From an uncultured Acidobacteriota bacterium (GTDB lineage Bacteria; Acidobacteriota; Vicinamibacteria; Vicinamibacterales; UBA823): a stretch of 64,000 bases of DNA. Made by a program: the position numbers and the translations under genes. The stretch spans positions 7,696 through 71,695 of the forward strand of contig CAJXDY010000005.1 of the NCBI GenBank assembly GCA_913052135.1. The letters run 5' to 3'. Within the stretch, counting starts at the first letter, position 1. Every line of letters starts with the position of its first letter. A model generated the notes under the pieces. That model did no database searches. It saw only the letters and a program-made list of their open reading frames with translations, and was not told the DNA's origin. This document shows, piece by piece, positions 1 to 11,312 of the stretch.

Positions 1-2
1 GT

Positions 3-275
3 TCCGCGTACCTTTACGTCAATATAAATTTAACTCTTGGAAGTGGAATTTATATTTATTGTGCTGAGGTTGAACTGCGGCAATCAGTCCACTTAGAGCG
101 TGAACCTGCCACGATTGTTCCCGATGCTGTCACTTGGCAGACGGGTGTTGTCGGTGCAATGTCAGCGGCAGATCTGGCAACAGCCATGCCGGACCAAGTG
201 CTTCAGTTGGTCTCGATATTTTTGCAGGATTTCGACAGGACGAATCCGGGACGGCTCACTCTTCTTCCACGCTAA
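3..275 (+). CDS. Hypothetical protein, 3' part (truncated by window start)
   Basis: Frame 3 is open from the window edge to TAA at 273-275 (SAYLYVNINLTLG...AVTWQTGVVG...FLQDFDRTNPGRLTLLPR*). It has protein-like composition and converges on the TerB gene. It is absent from the ORF track because its start lies outside the window. Confidence 0.6.
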   Translation, partial: SAYLYVNINLTLGSGIYIYCAEVELRQSVHLEREPATIVPDAVTWQTGVVGAMSAADLATAMPDQVLQLVSIFLQDFDRTNPGRLTLLPR

Positions 276-292
276 ATAAGACAACAGCCGGC

Positions 293-841
293 TTAATCCG
301 ACTGTGCACTGTTTCGGAATGAACGGATCACGTCACGCTTTTCCGTATATGCGGCCCGAGCCGATACATACGCGTCGTGGGCTATTCCTAATTCGCTAGC
401 AATTTGCCGAATCCGATTCTCCTCGACAGCCGAGATGGAGTCGTCAGCCGCTGAGATGGCAAATACGCAGTCGAGTAATTCTCGACACTGTACATCAGTC
501 GCAATTTCTCGAAATTGACGGGTAACTAGAAAATCTTCTGTCGCACCAAACAACTCATTCTGATTTTTCGAAATCTGTACAACGAGCAGTGCCTGTGTTT
601 TCGACAGATGACCAAGTTCCTGGACCATATGTGTCATTAGGTCAAGTTCTTTATCGTTGATGTGTTGATCGGCATGCGCAATACGACCAAGCACATAGGC
701 AAAAGCTGCCAAGTAACGCGCGCGATCAGGCTCGAGGCAATCCAATTCTGCAAGGATTCTCTGAACCGTTTCGGTGTCGGTACCGGTATCCTCAAGTTGG
801 CTATCAGGTCTCTCAAGTCCTAAGAACTTTAAAATCGACAT
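293..841 (-). CDS. TerB-family (tellurite resistance B-like) protein
   Basis: Two TerB-type motifs (IAHADQHINDKE; ISAADDSISAVEENRIRQIASELGI); 182 aa, helical. Confidence 0.8.
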   Translation of the reverse strand: MSILKFLGLERPDSQLEDTGTDTETVQRILAELDCLEPDRARYLAAFAYVLGRIAHADQHINDKELDLMTHMVQELGHLSKTQALLVVQISKNQNELFGATEDFLVTRQFREIATDVQCRELLDCVFAISAADDSISAVEENRIRQIASELGIAHDAYVSARAAYTEKRDVIRSFRNSAQSD

Positions 842-863
842 GGGCTATAACAACAGGTGACGG

Positions 864-1928
864 CTAGCGCCGAAAAACTCTTGGCATCGAACCTCTGGGA
901 CTGGCGCCCAACATTACGGCCAGCCAGCGAAAGTCTTCTGTGTTTTCTAACGCTATCTTGATGATTACTGTGAGAGGCACTGACAGGAGCATACCGACTG
1001 GCCCCCAGACCCAGCCCCAAAATACCAGCGAAAGAAACACCACCAAGGTAGACAATCCCAATTTCCGTCCCATCAAATAGGGTTCGAGAAAATTCGCAAA
1101 TACGACATTAATCACGAGGTACCCCATTGCAACAACGGCTGCGTGTCCTGGACCGAATTGCACGAGGGCAAACAACACCGGAGGAATCGCTGCCAAAATT
1201 GAGCCTAAATTGGGAATGTAATTGAAAATGGCGGCAACGAGTCCCCACAAAAGTGGAAAACCAAGACCAAGAAGTGATACCCATAAACCAACACAGATCC
1301 CCGTCGCCACACTAATAAGCGTCTTAATCGCGAGATAACGTTGAATTTGACTGACCATGACTCCAAACCGCTCAACGTTCTGTAATCGATTTCCAAAAGC
1401 CATTCGTAATTTTTTAGTAAAACCAGTCGCCTCAAACAGAATGAATATCATCGTTAGAATTACGAGAAACGTATTTTGCGCAATGGTTGCTACTGCCCGC
1501 AGCGCAGCACCAACAAGATCCACTAGGGCACCGGGATTAATAAGCTCCATCGCGCCGTATTCCTCAGTCGTCACGCCACGCTCTTGGAGCCAGCTTAGAG
1601 GCTCCGCCATTAATTCCTGTAACCTTGCTTGGTAACCAGGCGCCGCCGCCGTAAATTCGTTAAGCGACTGACCAACTACCACCAACAAGCCAACCAAGAT
1701 CGCTATATTAGTCAAGACAGTCAATAGGACCGCAAGAGCGACGGGAACACGCCAGCGCTTTAACCATTCCATTAACGGCAAACTGATGATTGCAAGGAAA
1801 ACAGAGACTAAAAACGGCAGCAGTAATTGCCCAGCAGCACGTAATCCAGCAACTACCACGATCAGGCTAGCTGCAATGACAAGAAAACGGGCTCCGCGAT
1901 CGCGCGACCGGTCCTCGTAAGCTACCAT
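864..1928 (-). CDS. AI-2E (PerM/TqsA/YhhT-like) family transporter
   Basis: 354 aa multi-TM protein with family motifs FNYIPNLGS, LEPYLMGRKLGLS and WGWVWGPVGMLLSVPLT. Confidence 0.9.
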   Translation of the reverse strand: MVAYEDRSRDRGARFLVIAASLIVVVAGLRAAGQLLLPFLVSVFLAIISLPLMEWLKRWRVPVALAVLLTVLTNIAILVGLLVVVGQSLNEFTAAAPGYQARLQELMAEPLSWLQERGVTTEEYGAMELINPGALVDLVGAALRAVATIAQNTFLVILTMIFILFEATGFTKKLRMAFGNRLQNVERFGVMVSQIQRYLAIKTLISVATGICVGLWVSLLGLGFPLLWGLVAAIFNYIPNLGSILAAIPPVLFALVQFGPGHAAVVAMGYLVINVVFANFLEPYLMGRKLGLSTLVVFLSLVFWGWVWGPVGMLLSVPLTVIIKIALENTEDFRWLAVMLGASPRGSMPRVFRR

Positions 1929-2321
1929 CTCGTCACAAACTCCAAAAACATTGGTCCTAGGCGACCAAAATCCACCGTATCTTCTCAGTTATTAACAATC
2001 TGCGATAGTCACTATGGACATACTATCGTACCAAGATCTTATCTTGAACATCATCGACTGCACACGATTGCGCACAAGGGAACGTTGTGATGCAACAGTG
2101 AGAACTAGCTGTCTATTTCCAGGGTAACGACTAAGATCAAACCAAGAAAATGCAACTAGTGCTGCTTGGTTCGCATCGCAGTCCGTGAGACAGGTATACT
2201 TAATAGAATCAGCGTTAGAAAAGTCGGTGGGTGTGACCTAGTCGACGGTGACGAAGGCACACAGCAATCTAATTGACCAAGGTAACCCAGGTGTCAATCG
2301 ACATCCTCAAATTGGAGTCGC

Positions 2322-2408
2322 GCGAAAGTGGCGGAACTGGCAGACGCGCCGGATTTAGGATCCGGTAGCCGCAAGGCTATGGGGGTTCAACTCCCCCCTT
2401 TCGCACCA
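2322..2408 (+). tRNA. tRNA-Leu(TAG)
   Basis: Acceptor stem GCGAAAG/CTTTCGC plus encoded ACCA; D-arm GGCGGAACTGGCAGACGC; anticodon arm CCGGA-TTTAGGA-TCCGG; long variable arm TAGCCGCAAGGCTA; T-arm GGGGG-TTCAACT-CCCCC. The position upstream of tig is typical. Confidence 0.97.
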
Positions 2409-2490
2409 TCACAGTAACCGCTAATCACTTCAGGCTCCCTCAATATCTGGTGCGGCCTGAAAGTAAGAATCCGTCAGTTTGTAATTAATT

Positions 2491-3792
2491 ATGAAAACCG
2501 AATTTGTTGACATCAGCGATACGGAAAAGAATCTCGTCTTCGAGATTTCAAGTGACGTAGTAGACGCCGAGATCGAACGTGTTGCACTAAATTATAGAAA
2601 ATCCGCTCGTATACCTGGCTTTCGACGCGGTAAAGTGCCAAAAAAAATTGTGCGACAGCGTTTTCGAGATCAGATTCTCATCGATGTCGCACACGAATTA
2701 ATACCACGCGCAGTTGACGATGCATTGCGGGAGCGTGGACTGGAACCTATCGAAACGCCGAGCATTCGTGATGGCCTAGTCAAAGAAGGCGAAGCGCTTA
2801 CATTTACCGCCTCTTTTGAAACAGTTCCACCTATTGAACTTGGTGACTATGGAGCGCTCTCATCGTCCCGACCGTCCACAGAGATTAGCGATAACGATAT
2901 CGAGCAGGCATTCACGCGATTACGTGACCAGGCGGCACGTTTTGACCCGGTTGAAGATCGACCGGTTCAACAAGCCGATTCTGTAATCTTAGATTTAACA
3001 CGACAGGTCGAGCACAACGATAAGGTTGACAAATCAACACCAACTGAACCAGAACGACACGAAGATATTGCCGTTGAGATTGGTGCATCGATCAACCCTC
3101 CTGGTTTCGATAAAGAACTTCTTGGTCTTGAAGTTGGTGCCACTAAAGAATTCACGTTGTCTTATCCAATGGACTACACACCAAAAGAGTTAGCCGGGGT
3201 GAAAGCAAGCTACTCAGTAACGATCAAAGCTATAAAAAGCCGAGTCGTGCCGGAACTGGATGATGAATTCGCTAAAGATATTGGTCCCTTTGACTCTCTC
3301 GTTGAATTACGTGAACAAATCGTCGAAAACCTGCAGCGTGAATCCGAAGAAGCAGCAGATCAACAGGTGCGCGCAAATGTACTGAAACAAATGTCCGGAC
3401 GTGCACAATTCGAAATACCTGAAGTGCTGGTGAAGAAAGAGACCGACCGACGAGTTGAAGAACTCGCACGGCGATTAATCCAGCAACAGGTCGACCCAAT
3501 GAAAGCAAATATTAACTGGGAAGAGTTCCGAGAACAGCAGCACGAACCTGCAATCGAGGCAGTGCGTAGCGCATTGGTACTTGATGAAATTGCACGCCGC
3601 GAAAATCTCACCGTCGATGATACAGACATCGATCGTGAAGTTGCCCGCTATGCAGAACGTGCTGGTCGTACACCTGCAGCCCTTCGAGCACGATTGGAAA
3701 AAGAAGGTGGATTACATCGTCTGCAGACAAGTGTCCGTCGAGAAAAAGCTGTTGATTTTTTGCTATCGCGTACAACAATTGCAACAGCGTAA
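2491..3792 (+). CDS. tig: Trigger factor
   Basis: Ribosome-binding signature IPGFRRGKVP, FKBP-like middle domain, 433 aa, upstream of clpP-clpX. Confidence 0.96.
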   Translation: MKTEFVDISDTEKNLVFEISSDVVDAEIERVALNYRKSARIPGFRRGKVPKKIVRQRFRDQILIDVAHELIPRAVDDALRERGLEPIETPSIRDGLVKEGEALTFTASFETVPPIELGDYGALSSSRPSTEISDNDIEQAFTRLRDQAARFDPVEDRPVQQADSVILDLTRQVEHNDKVDKSTPTEPERHEDIAVEIGASINPPGFDKELLGLEVGATKEFTLSYPMDYTPKELAGVKASYSVTIKAIKSRVVPELDDEFAKDIGPFDSLVELREQIVENLQRESEEAADQQVRANVLKQMSGRAQFEIPEVLVKKETDRRVEELARRLIQQQVDPMKANINWEEFREQQHEPAIEAVRSALVLDEIARRENLTVDDTDIDREVARYAERAGRTPAALRARLEKEGGLHRLQTSVRREKAVDFLLSRTTIATA

Positions 3793-3833
3793 GAACTTAA
3801 TAATCCTTTAATTTCAGAAATTGAGAAAAATCA

Positions 3834-4436
3834 ATGAATGACGAACGAGCACAATTGGTACCAATGGTTGTCGAGCAGACCAATCGAGGCGAGCGCGCTT
3901 ACGATATTTTTTCTCGCCTCTTGAAAGACGGTATCATCTTCCTTGGTTCGGCGCTTGACGACGCAGTTGCTAATCTTGTCATCGCACAGATGTTGTTTCT
4001 TGAAGGAGAAGATCCAGATCGAGACATTTTGCTGTACATCAATAGTCCTGGCGGCTCAATTTCTGCTGGTCTTGCGATTTACGACACCATGCAATTTATT
4101 AAACCAGATGTGCAAACTTATTGTATTGGGCAAGCAGCTTCAATGGCAGCTGTGCTACTAGCCGCGGGAACCAAAGATAAGAGATTTTCGCTGCCAAATT
4201 CACGAATTGTGATTCATCAGCCATTAATGTCTGGGCTTGGCGGACAAGCAACAGATATTGATATTGCCGCGCGTGAAATTGTTCGGATTCGTGAACGGCT
4301 TAACAAAATTCTAGTTGAACACACAGGCCAGTCCATGAAACGTATCCAAACAGATACTGAGCGAGATTACATCATGTCGGCCGAACAGGCTCAGGAATAC
4401 GGTATCATTGATGATGTCATTCGTAAGCGTGCTTAA
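3834..4436 (+). CDS. clpP: ATP-dependent Clp protease proteolytic subunit
   Basis: [26 protein letters not shown] (catalytic Ser), IHQP (catalytic His). Confidence 0.98.
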   Translation: MNDERAQLVPMVVEQTNRGERAYDIFSRLLKDGIIFLGSALDDAVANLVIAQMLFLEGEDPDRDILLYINSPGGSISAGLAIYDTMQFIKPDVQTYCIGQAASMAAVLLAAGTKDKRFSLPNSRIVIHQPLMSGLGGQATDIDIAAREIVRIRERLNKILVEHTGQSMKRIQTDTERDYIMSAEQAQEYGIIDDVIRKRA

Positions 4437-4473
4437 CATATATTATTGATAGCTGATCATCCGAGTCTAAAAC

Positions 4474-5724
4474 ATGGTTAAGCAACCCAGCCAGCCAGAA
4501 ACTCCTCGGTGCTCGTTCTGCAACAAAGATCAGAACGATGTTCGTAAACTCATTGCCGGCCCTAATGTCTTTATCTGCGATGAATGTATAGAGGTTTGTA
4601 ATGACATCGTCGCGGATGACAAACAGTTCGAAACACACAGCACTTCTCACCCTTCACTTCCGGTGCCCACAGAAATTAAAAAATTCTTGGATGATTACGT
4701 TATTGGCCAGGAACAGACGAAGAAGAAACTGGCTGTAGCCGTTTACAACCATTACAAGCGTATTGAAATCCAACAGCAGACACGAAACAAAAAGGAAATC
4801 GAACTAACAAAATCAAACATTCTCTTAATCGGTCCGACGGGGACTGGAAAAACGCTTCTAGCTCAAACTCTTGCCAAAATCTTGTCGGTTCCCTTTACCA
4901 TCGTGGATGCTACCACGCTGACGGAAGCTGGTTACGTCGGTGAAGATGTCGAAAACATTATCCTCAAACTCCTACAAGCAGCAGGTGGCGACATCGAAAA
5001 ATGCCAACAAGGAATCATTTACGTAGACGAAATTGATAAGATCTGCCGTAAAGACGAAAATCCTTCTATCACGCGTGATGTATCCGGAGAAGGCGTACAA
5101 CAGGCACTGTTAAAAATTATCGAAGGAACAGTTGCTCATGTTCCTCCACAAGGTGGGCGAAAGCATCCACATCAAGAGTTTTTTCAGGTTGATACGACCA
5201 ATATCCTCTTTATCTGTGGTGGTGCTTTTGTTGGATTGGACCGAATCATTCAAAACCGCATAGGTAAAAGCGGCCTAGGCTTTCATGCGGACATCAAGTC
5301 GTTAGACCAAAGTGAGATTGGGTCGACTTTGGAGCGCATAGAGCCCAACGACTTAATTCGTTACGGTCTGATTCCTGAATTCGTGGGCCGTTTACCGGTT
5401 GTCGGCACACTTCATGAACTCGACAAACCTGCTTTGATTCAAATCCTCACACAACCCCGTAACGCTATCGCTCGGCAATACCAAAAACTCCTTGAATATG
5501 AGAACGTAAAACTTCGATTTACAGACGATGCGCTTGACGCGATCGCTGATGCCACTCTTAAGCGCAAAATTGGTGCACGCGGTCTTCGCATGATTATTGA
5601 AGATTTGATGCTCGAAATCATGTACACGTTGCCAAGCGAAAAAAAGATCACCGAATGCGTGATCACCCGCGATGTAGTGCTCTCAAAGGAAAAACCTATT
5701 ACAATGTATGAAAAGGCCGGCTGA
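4474..5724 (+). CDS. clpX: ATP-dependent Clp protease ATP-binding subunit ClpX
   Basis: N-terminal C4 Zn finger (CSFC...CDEC), Walker [17 protein letters not shown] pore loop, RKHP, LGF loop. Confidence 0.98.
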   Translation: MVKQPSQPETPRCSFCNKDQNDVRKLIAGPNVFICDECIEVCNDIVADDKQFETHSTSHPSLPVPTEIKKFLDDYVIGQEQTKKKLAVAVYNHYKRIEIQQQTRNKKEIELTKSNILLIGPTGTGKTLLAQTLAKILSVPFTIVDATTLTEAGYVGEDVENIILKLLQAAGGDIEKCQQGIIYVDEIDKICRKDENPSITRDVSGEGVQQALLKIIEGTVAHVPPQGGRKHPHQEFFQVDTTNILFICGGAFVGLDRIIQNRIGKSGLGFHADIKSLDQSEIGSTLERIEPNDLIRYGLIPEFVGRLPVVGTLHELDKPALIQILTQPRNAIARQYQKLLEYENVKLRFTDDALDAIADATLKRKIGARGLRMIIEDLMLEIMYTLPSEKKITECVITRDVVLSKEKPITMYEKAG

Positions 5725-5751
5725 ACAAGCGGCGGAAATTAATTCATCTCA

Positions 5752-8151
5752 GTGTCAATAGCTATTATGGATACTTACGAAACAATCCCGATTGTTCCAT
5801 TAAGAGACGTTGTCGTGTTTCCCCACATGATGATGCCGTTTGTAATCGGTCGACCATCGTCAACACGAGCACTGGAGCATTCCTTACTAGGAGATAAGCG
5901 TATCTTCCTAGCAGCACAGCATGACGCAGCTAACGATGATCCCACCCCGAATGATATCTACACGATGGGCTGCGTCGCTAACGTCGTGCAAAGCCTGAAA
6001 TTACCAGATGGCAATATCAAGGTACTAGTCGAAGGTGTGGACCGAGCTCGCATCATGGAATGGAAAGAAGACAAAGGCTTTTACCGTGTTGAGATCAAGG
6101 TCATAGAAAAGCAAAAGTGCGACAGTAGTAACGTCGAAGACACGATGAACCGAGTTATGTCCTTGTTTGAACAGTACGTCAAACTGTCGAACAACATGCA
6201 CTATGACACTATAGTCGCGGCGGTAAGAGTAGACGACCCCGACAAACTCGCTGATACGATTTCGGCGAACTTGGTTCTGAGTGTTGACGACAAGCAGAAT
6301 CTCCTGGAAATCATTTCTCCGCTTGACCGCCTGAATCGTATTATCAGTCTTCTTGAGACCGAGGTTGATAAATTACAGGTCGACCGACGCGTTCAAACTC
6401 GTGTAAAAAGACAAATGGAGAAGGCGCAGAAAGAATATTACTTAAATGAGAAAATGAAAGCGATTCAGAAAGAACTGGGACGCAAAGAAGACAAGGGCAA
6501 CGAAATAGACCAACTTAAGGAAAAAATAGAAGAATCGAAAATGCCTAAGGAGGTGGCGGAAAAGGCGACCCAGGAACTTGAACGACTTGAAGCCATGCCA
6601 CCCATGTCTGCGGAGTCAACCGTCTCTCGTAATTACCTTGACTGGTTGATTGCAGTACCGTGGCATAAACGATCACGGGAAAGTCGAGACTTAACGCGGG
6701 CAGAAAAAATTCTAAATGAAGATCATTATGGTCTTGAAAAAATTAAGGATCGCATTCTTGAGTTTCTTGCCGTTCGCACTCTCGTAAAGAAGCCTAAGGG
6801 CACCATTCTAACTTTTGCTGGACCGCCTGGGGTTGGTAAAACATCTCTTGCCAAGTCAATTGCGCGTGCAATTAATCGTAAGTTCGTGCGCCTCTCAGTA
6901 GGCGGCGTACGTGATGAAGCCGAAATTCGCGGACACCGACGCACCTACATCGGCGCGTTTCCCGGTCAAATCATACAGATGATGAAGAAGGCCGGCACCG
7001 TGAACCCTGTTTTTTTGCTAGACGAAATAGACAAAATGTCTATGGATTTTCGAGGCGATCCATCGTCGGCGCTGCTTGAAGTTTTGGATCCTGAACAAAA
7101 TCACACATTCCTCGATCATTATCTTGACGTCGAGTTCGATTTATCAAATGTGATGTTTATATGTACTGCGAACGTGATGCATACGGTGCCACAAGCGTTA
7201 CGTGATCGAATGGAAGTGCTGCAAATAGCCGGTTATACGGAATTAGAAAAAATCGAAATTGCACGACGTTTCCTATCGCCCAAGGCATTACCAGCGGCTG
7301 GCCTAAGTAAAAAGAATCTTGTCTTTACTGATGAATCGTTTGGAACGATCATCCAACGGTACACTCGGGAAGCGGGCGTCCGTAATCTAGAGCGAGAAAT
7401 TTCGTCGGTCTGCCGTAAGGTTGCCCGTAAGGTTGTCCTTACAGGTAAATCGTTTTACGAAGAAATCTCAGCTGAAAAAGTTACTGAGTATCTTGGTGTG
7501 CCACGATTTAGACCGTCTATGGCCGAAGCACAAAATGAGGTTGGAGTTGCCACGGGTTTAGCGTGGACGGAGGCTGGTGGCGAACTATTGGTAACCGAAG
7601 CAACGCTCATGTCTGGACGTGGTCGACTAACGCTAACAGGTCAGCTGGGTGAGGTTATGCAGGAATCAGCTCAAGCAGCAATGAGTTATGTTCGGTCCAC
7701 GGCTCACGAAATTGGCATAACGCGTGATTTTCATCGTCGAACCGACGTTCATATCCACGTGCCGGAGGGGGCAATCCCTAAGGACGGTCCCTCGGCTGGC
7801 ATCACTCTGGCAACAGCGCTAGTCTCAGCCCTGGCCAACGTGAAAACACGTCGTGACGTCGCCATGACTGGTGAAATCACACTCCGCGGTAAAGTGCTAC
7901 CAATTGGAGGCCTTAAGGAGAAGGTACTGGCCGCTCACCGTGCCGGATTAAAAAATATTATCCTTCCAAAAGATAACGAGAAGGATCTAAGTGACATCCC
8001 AAAGAATGTATTAGATACCCTCAACTTGTATATGGTCGAAACAATGGACGAAGTGTTAAAAATCGCCATGTCAGAGCCGCTGAAGTCCAATCTGTCTGCG
8101 GATGCCAGTGGAGAAACTAAACCCGTGTCTGATGACACGATAACGCACTAA
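5752..8151 (+). CDS. lon: Endopeptidase La (Lon); start may be ATG 5767
   Basis: N-domain PLRDVVVFP, Walker [27 protein letters not shown] (catalytic Ser), PIGGLKEK (catalytic Lys). Confidence 0.98.
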   Translation: MSIAIMDTYETIPIVPLRDVVVFPHMMMPFVIGRPSSTRALEHSLLGDKRIFLAAQHDAANDDPTPNDIYTMGCVANVVQSLKLPDGNIKVLVEGVDRARIMEWKEDKGFYRVEIKVIEKQKCDSSNVEDTMNRVMSLFEQYVKLSNNMHYDTIVAAVRVDDPDKLADTISANLVLSVDDKQNLLEIISPLDRLNRIISLLETEVDKLQVDRRVQTRVKRQMEKAQKEYYLNEKMKAIQKELGRKEDKGNEIDQLKEKIEESKMPKEVAEKATQELERLEAMPPMSAESTVSRNYLDWLIAVPWHKRSRESRDLTRAEKILNEDHYGLEKIKDRILEFLAVRTLVKKPKGTILTFAGPPGVGKTSLAKSIARAINRKFVRLSVGGVRDEAEIRGHRRTYIGAFPGQIIQMMKKAGTVNPVFLLDEIDKMSMDFRGDPSSALLEVLDPEQNHTFLDHYLDVEFDLSNVMFICTANVMHTVPQALRDRMEVLQIAGYTELEKIEIARRFLSPKALPAAGLSKKNLVFTDESFGTIIQRYTREAGVRNLEREISSVCRKVARKVVLTGKSFYEEISAEKVTEYLGVPRFRPSMAEAQNEVGVATGLAWTEAGGELLVTEATLMSGRGRLTLTGQLGEVMQESAQAAMSYVRSTAHEIGITRDFHRRTDVHIHVPEGAIPKDGPSAGITLATALVSALANVKTRRDVAMTGEITLRGKVLPIGGLKEKVLAAHRAGLKNIILPKDNEKDLSDIPKNVLDTLNLYMVETMDEVLKIAMSEPLKSNLSADASGETKPVSDDTITH

Positions 8152-8219
8152 TTCAAGCCTAGACGACGCAAGGAAGCCACTGGCTTGGAGATTCGTTTCG
8201 ATTCTAGTGAGTATCTTCG

Positions 8220-8861
8220 GTGAAGATCGTTTCAGCCGAATTTGTAACGAGCACGTGTGACAACACCGGCTTACCGAAGCCGGATGAGCCACAGGTAGTA
8301 TGCGTGGGTCGTTCAAACGTCGGAAAGTCAAGCCTAATCAATGCTTTGGCGTGTCGTCGAATCGCGCGAACAAGTCGTACTCCTGGCAAGACGCGACTGA
8401 TCAACGTCTATAAGTTACGTTTAGCGCAAACAGGACAGGGCATATCTTCGGTACACCTTTTAGATTTACCTGGTTATGGATTTTCACGAGGTAGCCGAAC
8501 CCAAGCTACAAGTTTTGCCGAACTTACGGATTCCTATTTCGGACAGTTTACTGTTAACACAAAGTTTCAATCGCATTCCGTGGAACAGCACTATGTGGCC
8601 AATGTGATGTTATTAATTGATAGTCGTCATCTAGGTCTCGCTTCTGACTTAGACGCGCTCGATTGGTTGCACAGCCAGGGTTGCCGCACTGTAGTCATCG
8701 GCACGAAAGTCGATACCTTATCTCGCGCACAGCGCAACCGAGCCGACCAAACACTGGAAGAATCCTTCGGCACCTCAGGATTGTTTGTTTCGGCTAAGAC
8801 CGGTAAAGGCATGAATGAACTCTGGAAAACAATTATCGCAATGAGCATCCCTCAACCATAA
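8220..8861 (+). CDS. engB: Ribosome biogenesis GTPase YihA/YsxC/EngB
   Basis: [37 protein letters not shown]; canonical position after lon. Confidence 0.93.
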   Translation: MKIVSAEFVTSTCDNTGLPKPDEPQVVCVGRSNVGKSSLINALACRRIARTSRTPGKTRLINVYKLRLAQTGQGISSVHLLDLPGYGFSRGSRTQATSFAELTDSYFGQFTVNTKFQSHSVEQHYVANVMLLIDSRHLGLASDLDALDWLHSQGCRTVVIGTKVDTLSRAQRNRADQTLEESFGTSGLFVSAKTGKGMNELWKTIIAMSIPQP

Positions 8862-8866
8862 GACAA

Positions 8867-10039
8867 ATGCGAGACACTGATACGACCGAAGGCATACTTG
8901 AGAAACTTCCTAATGGGTTCGGATTCCTTAGGACTCCCGCTTCGAACTACCTGCCCGGACCTAAAGATGTTTATCTCTCCAAAACCCAAATCAATAAGTT
9001 AGATCTGCAGACAGGTGACACCATTTCAGGGCAAGTGCGACAAGCGCGGAACGGCGAGCAGTATGCATCAATATCAAGAATAGACACGGTTAATTTTGAA
9101 CCACCGGAACGAGTACATCAACGTCTACTATTCGAAAACCTGACGCCCCTTTATCCAGATAAGCAGCTTTCCCTCGAAACCACACCTGAAGATCTATCTA
9201 CTCGAGTTTTAGATCTCATGGTGCCAATCGGAAAAGGCCAGCGCGGTCTCATCGTTGCAGCACCGCGCACCGGGAAAACAATGCTGCTACAGAAAATCGC
9301 ACATGGCGTCGCCACTAATCATCCTGATGCTCATTTAATTGTGATGTTGATCGACGAGCGACCAGAGGAAGTCACTGACATGCAGCGCTCAGTACGTGGA
9401 GAAGTTGTCGCGTCTACCTTCGACGAACCTTCCCAACGGCACATTCAGGTAGCTGAAATCGTTCTTGAAAAAGCGAAGCGCCTTGTTGAACATCGCCAAG
9501 ATGTCGTAATTTTACTCGATTCAATTACGCGTCTAGCCCGCGCATATAATTCTACGATCGCATCCTCTCGTAAGGTTTTATCAGGAGGTATTGACAGCAA
9601 TGCACTCCAACGTCCGAAGCGTTTCTTTGGTGCCGCACGAAATGTAGAACAAGGTGGCTCACTGACAATGATTGCCACTGCCCTTGTTGACACAGGATCG
9701 CGCATGGATGATGTTATCTTCGAGGAATTTAAGGGTACAGGTAACCTTGAAATTCATCTTGACCGTAAACTTGCAGATCGACGAATATATCCGTCGATCG
9801 ACGTGCAAAAGAGTGGCACCCGCAAGGAAGAGCTCCTCATTGCTCCAGACCAATTGAAAAAAATTTGGGTTCTGCGGAAGGTGTTGAATCCGCTTGAACC
9901 CCAAGAGTGTATGGAATTGTTACTTAGTAAGATGGGAAAGACCAAGAATAACGAAGAATTTCTAGCATCGATTTCTAAGATGAATGGAGCGAACACCAAC
10001 ACCATAGAAAACAGGTCGAGACGCACACGCGGCCGGTGA
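8867..10039 (+). CDS. rho: Transcription termination factor Rho (short, lacks N-terminal helical bundle)
   Basis: GFGFLR RNP1-like motif, [43 protein letters not shown]. Confidence 0.97.
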   Translation: MRDTDTTEGILEKLPNGFGFLRTPASNYLPGPKDVYLSKTQINKLDLQTGDTISGQVRQARNGEQYASISRIDTVNFEPPERVHQRLLFENLTPLYPDKQLSLETTPEDLSTRVLDLMVPIGKGQRGLIVAAPRTGKTMLLQKIAHGVATNHPDAHLIVMLIDERPEEVTDMQRSVRGEVVASTFDEPSQRHIQVAEIVLEKAKRLVEHRQDVVILLDSITRLARAYNSTIASSRKVLSGGIDSNALQRPKRFFGAARNVEQGGSLTMIATALVDTGSRMDDVIFEEFKGTGNLEIHLDRKLADRRIYPSIDVQKSGTRKEELLIAPDQLKKIWVLRKVLNPLEPQECMELLLSKMGKTKNNEEFLASISKMNGANTNTIENRSRRTRGR

Positions 10040-10048
10040 GCATCGGCA

Positions 10049-10057
10049 TGCTATAAT
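10049..10057 (+). promoter_or_regulatory. Extended -10 promoter (TGcTATAAT) for rpmE
   Basis: TG-n-TATAAT 31 nt upstream of the TTG start; an AGGAG RBS precedes the start. Confidence 0.6.
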
Positions 10058-10088
10058 AATATCTTAAGCTACATCGGAAGGAGAACGC

Positions 10089-10349
10089 TTGAAGGAAGGG
10101 ATCCATCCTAAGTACTACGAAATCGAGGCCCGCTGTGCTTGTGGCGCAACGTGGAGTACTCGTTCGACAAAGCCCGAACTGCGTTTAGAAATCTGCTCCA
10201 GTTGTCATCCGTTCTTTACTGGAAAACAGAAGCTGGTTGACACAGAAGGCCGCGTCGAGCGTTTCACGAAGAAGTACGGAGCTCAAACGGTCGAAAACCA
10301 AAAGAAACTTCGCACAGCACGCAAGAAAGATAAAGCCAAGTCAGCATGA
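10089..10349 (+). CDS. rpmE: 50S ribosomal protein L31, Zn-binding (C+) type; TTG start
   Basis: [13 protein letters not shown]...[16 protein letters not shown]. Confidence 0.97.
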   Translation: MKEGIHPKYYEIEARCACGATWSTRSTKPELRLEICSSCHPFFTGKQKLVDTEGRVERFTKKYGAQTVENQKKLRTARKKDKAKSA

Positions 10350-10358
10350 GTGGCGTCG

Positions 10359-10379
10359 ATTGCTGGAACGACCAGCAAT
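10359..10379. terminator. Hairpin between convergent rpmE and SDR genes (candidate bidirectional terminator)
   Basis: Perfect 8-bp inverted repeat ATTGCTGG-aacga-CCAGCAAT; no strong U-tract. Confidence 0.4.
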
Positions 10380-10420
10380 GATCCTGTTTAATCTACACGT
10401 ACAACCTTGCAGAGTGATTA

Positions 10421-11206
10421 TTAAATCAGTGAACGAGACTGACAACCATCGACCGTAATACAGGCTCCACTCACCCAACTTGCTCGTTCAGACGCAAGAA
10501 ACGCAACCACCTGCCCGACCTCGTCGGCTTGTCCAAATCGACCAAACGGTAATTCATATTCAATAAATTTCGCCATGCCCTCAGGATCTTCTTGTTGGCG
10601 TCGGTACCATGAACCACCTGGAAACGAGATCGAACCCGGCGCTACACTATTAACGCGTATCCCGTCAGGCGCGAGTTGCCTCGCCATGGATTTGGCTAAA
10701 CTAACTTCGGCCGCCTTGACGGCATTGTAAGTCATCCGTCCACCCGATTCACGTCCCCAGATCGACGCAATCATAATGATCGCACCCCGACCAGCCCGAC
10801 GCATGTGAGGCACGGCTAGTCGCGATGCTCGAATGGCTGGATACAATGTAAAGTCTAGGGCCTCACGCCAGTCCTCATCGGTAGTCTGCACAATATCTCC
10901 ACCACCAGCTTGGCCCACATTGTTAACAAGCACATCTAGACGACCAAATCTCGCAATAGAACTATTAATTACTGTGGCAATGCCATCTGTCGTGGTTACA
11001 TCGGCTGGAACAGCGAACACCATATCTGATTGACCAGCTACTTCTTGTAACTCTTGTTCGGCTTTGGCTAACTGATCATTTGTTCGCGCACAAATACATA
11101 CTCGACATCCTTCCGTTACCAACACACGAGCACTTGCAAAACCTAGGCCTCGACTCGAGCCCGTTATGACTGCAACCTTATCTTTTAGTTCGAATTCCAT
11201 ACTCAT
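10421..11206 (-). CDS. SDR family NAD(P)-dependent oxidoreductase (FabG-like)
   Basis: TGSSRGLG, LVNNVG, catalytic YNAVK, GIRVNSVAPG, VDG. Confidence 0.92.
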   Translation of the reverse strand: MSMEFELKDKVAVITGSSRGLGFASARVLVTEGCRVCICARTNDQLAKAEQELQEVAGQSDMVFAVPADVTTTDGIATVINSSIARFGRLDVLVNNVGQAGGGDIVQTTDEDWREALDFTLYPAIRASRLAVPHMRRAGRGAIIMIASIWGRESGGRMTYNAVKAAEVSLAKSMARQLAPDGIRVNSVAPGSISFPGGSWYRRQQEDPEGMAKFIEYELPFGRFGQADEVGQVVAFLASERASWVSGACITVDGCQSRSLI

Positions 11207-11254
11207 ACCAATCTACGAAATTCATTGAGGTATTCTTAGCTATCTACCTCTACA

Positions 11255-11291
11255 TAAAACTGGGCCGCCACCATCAGGCAACGGCCCAGTT
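11255..11291 (-). terminator. Intrinsic terminator downstream of nrdJ
   Basis: 10-bp perfect inverted repeat AACTGGGCCG/CGGCCCAGTT (11258-11267, 11282-11291), ending in TTTTAT on the minus strand, about 20 nt after the nrdJ stop. Confidence 0.7.
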
Positions 11292-11312
11292 ATGTCTGTT
11301 AACGTGATCCTA

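Noticed and set aside
2226-2310. GGTGGGTGTGACCTAGT...AAGGCAC upstream of tRNA-Leu resembles the 5' end of a tRNA (His-like)
   Set aside because: There is no acceptor-stem complement, anticodon arm or TTC T-loop; it cannot be supported even as a pseudo-tRNA without a covariance search.
2322-2490. tRNA-Leu as an integration site
   Set aside because: No adjacent integrase, and I saw no duplicate of the tRNA 3' end; tig follows directly.
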